From Mytilus californianus (lineage: Eukaryota), in assembly GCF_021869535.1 (NCBI RefSeq), contig NW_026262679.1:28272001-28336000 (forward strand): DNA of 64,000 nucleotides, given 5' to 3'. A program made the position numbers and the translations under genes. The notes under the pieces are model-generated. The model worked only from the letters and a program-made list of their open reading frames with translations, had not been told where the DNA came from and made no database searches. Below, one piece after another: positions 25,900 through 37,800 of the stretch (positions are counted from its first letter, which is position 1; every line of letters starts with the position of its first letter).

Positions 25900-26880
25900 T
25901 TTGTTCACCGCCATACACCAATGGACGACTGAAATATGGTATGAAATTATTATGCACACATAAATAATTCAAAATTTGGTGACTATGTTGAACGCATCTA
26001 TCCCATCGAAGTGGAGATGAGAATACAATAGATACTGTTGAGTCTGCCTCATATCTTGACTTACATCTAGAAATTGACAATGATGGTCGGTTGAAAACAA
26101 AACTTTACGACAAAAGAGATGATTTCAGCTTAATAAATGTGAACTTTCCATACGCCTGCATACGGAGTATATACCTCCCAGTTGATACGGTATTCCAGGG
26201 CTTGTATTTCCTATCACGATTTCCTCAAAAAAGGGGTTACTTCTCACAAGGAAGCTATTAAACCAAGAGTTCCAAGTGGTGAAGTTGAAATCGTCTCTTC
26301 GTAAATTTTACGGACGCCATCACGAGTTGGTTGATCGTTATGGAATATCCGTTTCACAGATGATGGCGGATATGTTCCTATTGTCGTAACTACAATCTCG
26401 TCCCCTTTTCCCCGAATGTGACCTACCGAATTAGACTAACACCGGGTTTGTACTAACATGAGCAACACGACGGGTGCCACATGTTGAGCAGGATCTGCTT
26501 ACCCTTCCGGAGCACCTGATATCACCCTCAGTTTTTGGTGGGGTTCGTGTTGCTCAGTCTTTAGTTTTCTATATAAAAACAAGGAGATGAGGTATGGTTG
26601 TCAATGAGACAACTATCTAACAAAGTTCAAATAAAGTGGATGTAAGCAATTATAGGCAACCGTACGGCCTGAGAAAAACCCATACCGTATAGTCGGCTTT
26701 AAAAGGCCCCGACATGAAAAATATGAAACAATTCAATTGAGAAAACTAACGGTGCTGTGTTTTGTGTACTATTGTTTGTCTGTTTGGTCTTTTTCTTTTT
26801 TAGCCATGGCGCTGTCAGTTTATTTTCGACTTATAAGTTTGAATGTCCCTTTGGTATCTTTCGCTTCTCTTTAATAATAG
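25900..26880 (+). mobile_element. Penelope-like RT 3' fragment plus UTR, interrupted at ~26575-26750 by an inverted interspersed repeat
   Basis: Frameshifted NSKFGDYVERIYPIE...SASYLDLHLEIDNDGRLKTKLYDKRDDF... Confidence 0.85.
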
Positions 26881-28569
26881 TTTTCAGTTAAACTGTATTT
26901 AGTTGTTGAAATTAATGTTGGATACGGCTCTTATTTTCGATGCTTCACTGGTGTTAAACTGATCGTCGTAACTGAAGTTACCACGATCCCAATATGGCGG
27001 AGGTAGAAATAGGTAAAATCATTTTCTATTAGTTTCTCCGTGTAAATGTGTTGTTTTCAAGAATTACTCAGCCGACAGGTTGACCTGTAAGGTTTTGTTG
27101 TGTGTGTGTGTGTTCTTGATATCATATATCACATAGTTACCAAAATAACAACCATCCAAAATTTAAGGAAGATAATCGTAACTCAATGAAATTTGTTTGA
27201 TATGATAATCATAATTGGACTATCAGATAGTCTTTATTTGGACTTTAAATAAATACAGTTTTGTGTTCAACCGACCCTCATTGTCAATTTCTAGATGTAA
27301 GTCAAGATATGAGGCAGACCTACTGTATAAGTTGTGGACCGTCTGGAATCCCCGAATATTCGGTCATCATACATGGTACAGGTACAAATCTCTGGTAGCT
27401 AAGTCTTTAGTGTATTCGTAAGTCAGTACTTAAGACGTCAATATAGTATCGCCAGATTAATGTCTTAGCACAATAGCTGAACGAATTTATATTTTGAAAT
27501 TAGAATATTTGACCACTTTTGTAATTCAACCCAATACGTTAAAAAAATAGACGTATTATATCGAGTTCAATTCACACGACATAATCTTCATCACATACGC
27601 TCGAGCCTTAAAGTTTAAAAGCTGAATAAAAAAAAAAATTATGAACATATAGATAAAAAAGAACATAAATGGAACAGCCAAATATGCAACTTGATTCAAA
27701 TTTGTTTGAGGGAGTTGCAAACAAAGTTATAACCAGGATTTTTTACGTTAATTTTGTATCATTTCAATCGCATCAATCGTAAAGCACTGGTGACTGGGTG
27801 GAATCTATCCTAAATAAAAGCGCTCGTATTTCGGGTAACCACAAATCTTAGCATTATTCAACATCTACATATATTGTTCATTCTTTGAAAGGACAAATAT
27901 AATGGTCCATCTGACAAAATTACGCATATCAACCCTTATTCAACATACGGCAGATATGTTTCCTAACTTTGATATAGAAAATGCACTATGACTTATTTTA
28001 ATAATACTCACTGGAAACGCTTATAGAATTTACTAGTACGATTATTAAACAGAATACCATCACAAAGTACCACATAGATTCCTTATTGACCATCTTGGCG
28101 GATGCAAAACTCAACCGTAGAATAAAACGTCGTATTATATACTAACCTAACTGCGCAATATAATACGGGCCGGAAACGAATAATTGCTATTTGGTGAAAT
28201 ATTTGTGAGAAAAATGCAGATCTAGATTCAATGTATCATTGAAAGTTAAAAAGTGTCGTGTTTCTAGTGTTTGGTTTGAGAACGTGTTTACAAAATCATT
28301 CGAAAATTCTATTTAAAGAAGCTTTTATGTATAATACATATATTATCATTTGTTTGGAGTTGAACCACTAAATTTGTAATCGGCATGTCGTTATGAATTT
28401 GAGCCAGAGATTTTGTCAAATTACTAGTAACACATTCGGATATACTTACGACTTCCTTGAGGGCTTTATTGAGGAAAGAATACATTGTTTTTTCTACTAA
28501 AATGGGAATCGTAGAAATCTTTGTGATTTAATTCGAACATTTAATTCAACGAAGACAATTCATTAACAT

Positions 28570-29040
28570 ACCCTCTGTCCCGTCGTATGATGTTTACATC
28601 TGTCAATTGATAAGTTTCACCTGGGTATGTTTACATTATACTGACTTCATTAACAGGAGACGGAAATAATGCCGATGCAGGACTATAAGAAAGAACTCCT
28701 TAATTGAAACTAAAAACGTTTTACGTTCATTCTCAAGAATTGGTTTACCAATGCGATGTGTCTGTGTCTCAGCTCACAAGAGACATTCTCTTGAGGTCTT
28801 AGATCTTAAGATACAAGAATAATTGTACTGATTGTGTCATATTCCTTATCATGACATTTTGACCGAGTCTAGATTCACATTGGGGGTATGGATGCATAGC
28901 AGAATACGCTTATTTCGTCGACGTATCCAGTCTTACTCGTTTTTGAGTTAATGCGATTCTTTCAGTTGTTTTTACTTCAATTTTTTTCAGTATCTTACTG
29001 ATAAGTGAACTTCGTTTGTTTACAGTTAACACTGAATTAT
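28570..29040 (+). mobile_element. Degenerate Penelope-like 3' fragment (older subfamily)
   Basis: Thumb-motif remnant plus UTR similar to 44540-44940. Confidence 0.6.
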
Positions 29041-29307
29041 ACTTTGATACCTCCATTCTTTGTAAAAATTACATGGTATGTTATGAAACTTGGACAGAAG
29101 TTTCCTCGAGATACAGTTTGTGTATCTGAAGAAAAGCAATCGATTTCTGTTAACTTTTTTCTGTATTTTACTGATAATTGTACTTGGGTTTTGGCAGTCT
29201 TCATGTAATGAGATTGTAATTATAATGTTTATTTATCTTGGTCTAATTTGTCTTATACGATGTTTACATAATTGGGTTGTGACCTGTTTATAGTTGTTTA
29301 CAAAACA

Positions 29308-29500
29308 ATGTTATTGTGTAGTTTAGAAGTCACTGGAACAATCGTAGTTACTGATAGAATGATTAGAACTTTCTATTTGACTTGCATAATTATTCCAAAA
29401 TGATCATAATCTACGATGAGTAATTTAAACTTCTATATTATTCTAGAAGTTTTCTTTCTACAGTATTCTAGAAGTTTCCGTGATAACTATATATATATAT
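29308..29500. promoter_or_regulatory. Cluster of heat-shock-element-like nGAAn arrays followed by (TA)n, possibly an LTR remnant
   Basis: aTTCtaGAAgtTTCc at 29465-29479 (three perfect units), TTCtaGAA at 29441-29448, GAActTTC at 29366-29373. Motif match only. Confidence 0.35.
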
Positions 29501-29559
29501 ATTGAAGATGAATTTTACTAACAGACATAAATATATAAGAATTCTCAAAGGATTTCTAT

Positions 29560-30065
29560 AATTTAAAGGTGATTTCTGGCCGTAAAAATCATTACACATT
29601 TACTCTGACAGCATCTATTCAATTGAGCTTGATGGAATCTAGAAATTTACGCTGCGGGTCGGTTAAGACCTTATATAACAAAAAAAATCGTTTCAAGTTC
29701 ACAAGTGTCCAATTTCCATTTCTCGAAAGAAACATAAACGGCGCCTACATATGAAGAATAGATTTTCAAGGTTTAACGATATTCCAAGGTTTTCGTCACT
29801 TATCATGATGATCGACAGTTGATACTTACAAGGAAACTTTGGACCAAGGATTCTTCTTTTTGCGAATCCCAACTGATTTTATTGATCGTTATGGAATAGT
29901 ATGTCACAGATGATGGAGGATATGTTCCAGCTGTAGTAACCAAAGTCCGATCCTCTTTTCTCGATGGTGAAATCACCGAATGCGACTTAAAGCCAACTGT
30001 TCACTTGAAATGAGCGACACGACGGGTGCCACCAGTGGAACAGGAACTACTTACCATTACGGAGC
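29560..30065 (+). mobile_element. Degenerate Penelope-like RT 3' fragment plus UTR
   Basis: KTLYNKKNRFKFTSVQFPFLERNI resembles KLYDKRDDFNF.IVNFPFL.SNI; UTR cacgacgggtgccaccagtggaacagg. Confidence 0.65.
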
Positions 30066-30735
30066 AAATAAAGGTTGACTTTTACACTTTCAAATTGATG
30101 GCCCATAGTTTTGATTAAAGAACAAAAAATACAGAAACTCATAGTAAAAAGTCAAAGATTAAGAAAATAAACTTTATAACATCGCGGAATGCTGTTGTGT
30201 GATGTAATTTAAGTATTTTCAATGAAATAAAATGTTATGAAGTCTACCCGCATTTTCCTTTCCAATGCATGTTAAAAGTCAGGGATATGTGATCACTTGG
30301 TCTCTTCAATTAAAGTTCAATCCTTTTTAAATACAAACTCCTGTTATCAAAACGTTGCCGTTAAATGATCGTATATAAATGCAAAAGGAGACAATAGTTA
30401 TTTGTTTAGGAAGCTTAAGAAGCAGTTTTCTCTTATAAGGATCTATTGGTACAAGAAAAGGGGAATTCTATTGAATAATATTCTTAATCAATATATCAAG
30501 CATTATTTTTTATGTATATTTGTCAGAAAATTTAGTCTTAATATCATAATATTTGAAAAATATTGAGTCTTAAGGTTGTTATACCTCGTGAACCATGACC
30601 TGCGGCAAACACTTAATATTAAATGGCTAGCTAATTATTTAATTAATTAAAGTTTATTTTATTTTTGTTGGTATATAGAGAAAAAAAACGGAAAAAGATC
30701 TACAAAATAATAACATTAACGTTAACAATTTTTCT

Positions 30736-30779
30736 GCACTAGATGCACATTTCGACAATAAATGTCTCTTCAGTGATGC
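30736..30779 (-). ncRNA. Minimal type I hammerhead ribozyme, catalytic core intact (retrozyme fragment ~30715-30870)
   Basis: GCAUCA CUGAAGA GACA-UUUAU-UGUC GAAA U-GUGC-A UC/ UAGUGC. One mismatch in stem I. Predicted cleavage after AUC, between 30742 and 30741. Confidence 0.8.
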
Positions 30780-31623
30780 TCCAGGTTAAAATATTTGAAA
30801 AGCCAAACCTTATTTAAAAAATGAAGAGCTCACAAACCAAAAAGGACAAACAGCATCGCCAAAGCTGGGCAACGAACCAAGAGGCAAGGAAATAGCATTG
30901 ATAAAAATATATCCTACATAAACAAAATCAAATCTAGGATGTACCCTATTGGGATGAAATATCCCCCAGTCAAAATCATAACCTTGATTCCAAAAATGAT
31001 AAGCTCTACTCCAAACTTTGTATGCTTTGTGTTTTACATCTTGATTCTCTCATTCGAAATAAAGAAAGTTGTCTTTTGTCAGTAAAAACTATATACTATG
31101 ATGTTTAATTTTCTTGTGAAAGCTTGACGTATTTTTTTTTTATATTAATATAAAGGAACAAAAATAATCAATCTCACAGATAATGATGAAATTTTGCAAG
31201 CAATGTTGAATTGGATATCAATGTCGGAAACACAAACATGAAACTATTATACTATTTTAGATAACGCAAATCAAATATCAAACTGATAGAAGTACAAATT
31301 ATAAAACGCACTTAAATGTCGCAAAAAGGTTCTCAGGAAATTTACTTTCTCTTAACATTATATTGTTACTGCCTATGGAATTTCTGTTGCTGTATAAATC
31401 ATCAAGTATGTGTTTCGAAGCTAAAAAGTCCTCTTTAGCTATCATAATATCAAGTATTTGCGCCAGTATTTTAGGTCGAAAGTCAGAAATAACAATATTG
31501 CTAGCAGATAGAAAATTAAGACCCCGAATATATCAGAAATCACTTATAAAGTTTACTTCTTCTTCAGTCATAATTTATTTAAATATATGTTTAGTTCAGC
31601 TCATTTGAATTTAATCACCAGTT

Positions 31624-31874
31624 TCATTCCATTCTACGTAGCATCATAGATGTTGCTTTAAGAGAGTAATGATAGCCTTTCCAATGGTTCCAGTTTACAC
31701 CATCAGCATCAGAAGAGTGTTCACCTCCTAGGTATTGTCCATTTAAGTTGGAATCGTGACAGGTTCCGTACCACCAGGCACCTTTATAACTTACAGCACA
31801 GTTTCCTGAATTAGAGTCATTATCTTGATCTTTTGTAGTGAAGCCATGTCCGTTTTGATGCTTTAAGGAGTCAC
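31624..31874 (-). CDS. FReD D exon 5
   Basis: [83 protein letters not shown]. Confidence 0.93.
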
Positions 31875-34800
31875 CTTTAAAAATAAAAGCAAGAAGTTTG
31901 TATGCACATGATTTGTTTACGTACTACCATCCATGTTTCTGCTTCATCTAGATAGGATAAGGAAAATATTGATCTTCATCCATAGGATGTTTCTATATTC
32001 TTTATGGTACAATGCTAAGCAAAACAGTTTACGATATATGAATATTTTTTCGCAATATTGATTTCTTTTCTCAATATGGACGATTTAGGCGGTAAGTACA
32101 TTAAAGAAACGTTCAGGCGCGAGAAAAAAAAATCATGTTCGCTTATAACATTAACGGTACCAATTTTACTGCACCAGATGCACATTCCCACAATTGATGA
32201 TCCTTTCGTAACCAAAAAGGACGTAAAGTCTAGTCAAATACAGACAAGGATTCAGAGCTTTGCGTGAGGGAGAAATATTCCTGAATTTAAAATGAATTCA
32301 CAGAAATTTCAATCCAAAAATATTTGTATTTTCGTGCTGCTGGGCTGATGATACCTCAGACTAACAGTCCACCAGCAGAGGTATCGACCCAGGGGTAGTA
32401 CTAACATTAACGGTGCCACTACTGAATAAACGTGATTGTGACCGAAATGAAAACAAAAAAAGAGAACTAAGGGGAGGGAGAAGACAGTTAAAAACAGAGG
32501 ATCTGTACTTAGTTTCTTTTTTGTTGTTGGGATTTATAAGTACCCTGCCACGTCCACTCTGTGTTTTGTTAGACGTATTTCTATTTGGGTCCATCTGATG
32601 AGTTAAGCCTTCTTCAACTGATTTTTATAGTTTGTTCTTATGTTGTACTATTACACCACTGTCCCAGGATAGGGGAGGGTTTGGCGCCCGCTAACATGTT
32701 TAACCCCGCCACATTCTGTATGTGCCTGTCCCAAGTCAGGAGCCTGTAATTCAGTGGTTGTCGTTTGTTGCTGTGTAACATGTTTGTTTTTCGTTCATTA
32801 TTTTGTACATAGATTAGGTCGTTAGTTTTCTCGTTTGAATTGTTTTACATTTGTCATTTCGGAGCCATTTAAAGCTGACTATGCGGTATGGCCTTGCCCA
32901 TTGTTGAAGACCGTGCGGTGACCTACAGTTGTTTATTTCTGTGTCATTTGGTCTCTTGTGAAGAGTTGTCTCATTGGAAATCACACTAACATTTAGCAGC
33001 ATGAACGTAACTAAAATACTAAGGCAATAACTTAATAACATCATGAAATTTCTTTTTCAAGATCTTGTTACTTGAATCTCTCAAATATGGTAAACTACAC
33101 ATGAGCATGGGTGTTGTTTGGGGTGCTGTTTGGTAACTGTGTAATGCATCCTATTTTTTATAAATACTTATCACAATTTGAAATACTGGAGAAACTGATA
33201 ACGTGATAAAAGCTTTATGTCGAACGGAAAGTGAAATAACACAAAACCGATTGCCCTGCGAACAGTACGTGCTTCTTGAATAACCGTCATCAGGTTGGCT
33301 CAATACAAAACGTTTGGAGTATAATAAACCATAACATTTAAGAGCATAAAAACCAAAAGGCCCAAACAAAACAGTCAAAATAGGTTCAACTTCCCCTAAT
33401 TTTGACACAAACAAATAATTAGATTACTCACCAACATCTCCAGTAAATTTGGAATATGTCATATTGAACTTAGTCGCTTCATTACCAACTTTGAAGTTTG
33501 AATATCTAGCATAACGCTTTTGATTTCCAAAGTCCTGCATCGTTATCAAAAGTTCATATTCATCCTGGGCAGTCAGTTTATGGAGTTTGTCGTTTCCTAT
33601 GTAAAACATAGAATATAAACATGCATGGCTTTAGAAAAACTCATCAAAGATCCCAGGCTTAGTATGATTCTGGGCGAAGTTGATACGTTCTAATATCTCG
33701 ATGATCTAAATAAGCTATACGAGTTCAATATATCAGAGATCGATTAGAAATTACTATGAACTGTGTGTCTAAGCACTTGTGGACATTTCTAAAATCTTTT
33801 CTTGAATTTTCCGACGAAACTGTCTGTAACTTGCTTTGTATTTAGCAAAAATAATTGACAATGATTTTTACATTTTATTTTTTTTTTGGGGGTGGGGGGT
33901 GGAAAGGGGGGGGGGGGCAACAAAACATACAGTTTGATTTCTTTGCGTAAATCCAAATCCAAAGTAATTAAACACCATGTATGAATAACCACAGAACAAC
34001 AGATTTTTGTCATTTGAATTATGATCATATTAGTGAATTTTTTATTTAGAAAACTATTATTTATACAATATATGACTACTTCAGATGTTTTATTTTATGG
34101 TAAGAATAAAAAAGATGAGATATGATTGCCAATGAGACAACTATCCACCAAAGACCAAATGAGGTAGATGTAAGCAACTATAGCTCACCATACGGCATTC
34201 AATAATGAGCAAATCTCAAACCGTATAGTAAGATATAACATTCCTAGACATGACAAAATGTCAAACAATTCAAACGAAAATATCAACTGCCTGATTTATG
34301 TTAAAAATAGAGCTCTAAAGTGTCGATCACCTAGATCGATGTGCATTTTCAACAATTGTCACTCTCCAACATTAAAGACTGAAATATAATTCTTGACTCT
34401 TTTTTGTTGATCTTGTATTACTGATTATTTTTGCTTTTTACAGTTTTTCTTTATCTTCTATAGCTTTTTTCCCAAGGGTATACATCGTCATTTAGTTGCA
34501 ATAACTCCTAAAAGGAGTGAACTGACAATTTAGTCATTGATTGACACATTTGTAGATCTTGTATTGTTCATAATTGTTGCTGTTTTTTCAATTTCTCTTT
34601 ATCTATCACAGTGTTGTCATAATAAAAAAAAATGGATAAACATTATCATTAAAGGGCAATAACTCCTGTAAGGAGGCATTTGATAATTTCTGCCATCTTG
34701 CAAATTTGTAGATCTTGAACTGTTTATCATTTTTGCTGTTTACAGTTTTTCTTTATCTACTATATTTCTGGTCAAAATGCAAAATTTGGGAAAAATCATC

Positions 34801-37800
34801 ATTTAGGGGCCAAAACTCATAAAATGAGGTGACCGACGATTTCAAAGTGATGTCATTTATATGTTGAAATTGACAAAGGGAAAAGGTACGGTTTGAGCCA
34901 AATTGGCGCTAAAATAAAAAAAATTTCAAACTGTCTCAGTTTTTATTCAGAATCAAATTTTATTTAATTTCATTGCATGCTACCTTTGTTTTTACAGTCA
35001 ATAATATTTTATGATTGATATGTATTACAATGACGAAAAAGCATAGGAGCAAGAAAACTAGGAAAAGGAGTAAACAATCAGAAAAATTCAATATAAACCC
35101 AAATATTGTACTTAAAGAGGAGCCACCTCCACCCTCAAAATTAATAAATTACAATAACATTTGAATTGAATGGAATATCTAATAAAAATGAAAACAACAC
35201 TTTACAATGTTATGCTATATGGAGTTGAAACCTTAGCCTCTTTATAATTTTTAGATTTATAAATGGACAATTCTAAATGATTCATTGTTGGTTGCTTAAC
35301 ATCCAGTGGCAAATGTGTCGTGCGTGTTCAGGACGAGAACAAATTAACAATAGATCCAATAAGAAGGTCCTGTAACAGAACCTACGGACCCTTCAAAGAG
35401 CTGTTGCAAGGATTCTCAACGTTCAATGAGCGTAGCACTCTCTCTACACGCTGCATTGTGACCGGACGTGGCTGCGTTCTTGAACATCTCACACAGCCAA
35501 ACGGACGTCTCACTTTGGCAGGAGTCGTTAGGAAGAGGACTTAAGTGACCATATTTCTCTTTCCCTGTCCCCCTTGGAGGTAAATAATTTTAGAAAGGTT
35601 TGTTATAAATCATGTCACTACCGAAGTACTGACTACTGAGCTGATGATAAACTCGGGGACTTGTCCAATGTATTCAATAAACAACGAAATAAATAATCTG
35701 CAAGCTTCAATACGATCCTTTTGAAATAATATTGAAAAAAAGAATAAATGTGTATATGATATGCGTTCACCTCACAAATATACATTATCAATTTTTTTTA
35801 TCACTGTGTGGCCAGGCATAGCATACCCTTGATCAGACTCCTCTTCACAGTAGGAGCAATTAAACATTGTTCTTGATTTCCTTTTCTAGAACGATAAAAC
35901 ATTATTTCTTATTAAACAAGAATCTTGCAATCTGATTAGTTAATTAACCGGGTGTAAATAACACCCCCACCCTAGTTCACAAGGGGATAAAAAATATGCC
36001 AAAATTTCCGAAAAATAAAATGGTTGCCAAAATTATGAAAATTAAAATTTTGGAAATAATAATAATAAAAAAAATAATTTCAGATTAAAAAAAAAAAAAA
36101 AAAACCAAGTGAAGAAAAAAAATATTCTCCAATATTCCCCAAAGAATAAATTTTTCAAATTTTCCACAAATAAAAAAAAAATAAATAGATAATATTTGAA
36201 AAATGCACAGCAACGTCGGTGTTGAAAAAATGTGTAGTGAGAGTCGGTCATAAAATTTTTTTTTTTCAATTTTATTCCCGGGAATTCATCATTATTCGTT
36301 GGATACCAATTTTCATGTAATTCGTAGGTACAGGAAAACCACGGATTTAAATGTTCACCGAATTGCAAATTGGCTGTATGATTGTATGCAGACTTATGGA
36401 AAACCACGAAATCAAATATCCACGAAAATGCAAGTTTTCCTCAATCCACGAAAATTGGTACCCACGAAAATGAATGAATCCACAGTAAACGTTTTTAGAA
36501 CAAAGTAATTTAGGGTTGATAATATTTTTCTATCAAAAATACTAATTTACCTTCTATGATCTTGTATATAAGGTTCTAGCATATTTTTTTCACTTTTTAC
36601 CAGAAAGGAAGTCTGTTTACATTTTTGATCATATTCACTCGAAAAAAAGTGGTCACACTAAAAAAAACCCGATCAAATCACTCGAATAACCACGATCCAA
36701 GCCGGACACTATACCTACCTTGAAGATATTAAACAGTGAGTGTTTTTATCTATTCAGTTACAAAACTATTATATCTGGCGTTTTGTGTGCTGTAATCTGG
36801 TACTTATGCCAAAGTGTTCTTAACAAGAGGCTCTAAAGAACCTGTGTCGCTCTCCTAGGTATACGTGCATCTTCAACAATGAACACTCTCCAACATTGCG
36901 GGCTAGAATAGAATTCATGACAAAAATCTCTTTTATGTTGATCTTGTATTGCTGATCATGTTTCTGTTTATATATTTTCTCTATCTTCTTTAGTTTTTGC
37001 CCAAAACACTAAAAAAAGTCAAAACAATTGTCATGTAAGGGCAATCACTCCTATAAAGAGTCTACTAGTGATTTCGGCAAAAAATGACTTATTCTTAGAT
37101 CGTGTCTTGCTGATCATTTTCGCTTTTAAATTGTCTATTTTTGTATAATTTTCAAGAAAATAGGCTTAAACGTAAACAATTGGTAAAAATCGTCATCAAA
37201 CATCCAATACGTGGTCGACTGACGATTTCGGCCATATTAAATTTTCTGTAGATCTACTCTTGCTGATCATTTTTTGCTATTTGAAGCAGCTATCTCTCTA
37301 TAATAGTTCTCAAGATAGAGGCAGAACACGGAACATGGGTAAAAATCGTCAATAAAGAGCAATAACTCCAATAAGGAGTGAACTGGCGATTTCGGTCAGA
37401 AGACTTATTTGTACATCTTGTCTTGCTGATCATTTTTGCATATAAAAGTTTCTATCTATCAATTATAGTTTTTCAGATATTAGGCAAAAACGCAAAGAAA
37501 TGGTAAAAACGTCATTAAAGGGAAATAACTCAAACATGGGGTCGTCGGACGATTTCAACAATGATAGTTGCTGATCATTTTTGCCTATTTACGTTTCTGT
37601 CTATCTTACAGATATTTGGCAAAAATGCAAAAAATTGATAAAATCGCCATGTAAGGGCAATAACTCCAATAAAGGGTTGTCTGACGATTTCAACTATGTT
37701 AACTTATTTGTAGATCTTGTCTTGTTGATCATGTTTGCTTTTAAAAGTTTCTCTTTGTGATAATTTTAAAGATGATACGTAGTCAAAAATGGAAAAACAA

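Noticed and set aside
32595-32625. CUGAUGA followed by a weak hairpin as another hammerhead
   Set aside because: No GAAA or NUH follows; it is part of the common ~450-bp repeat.
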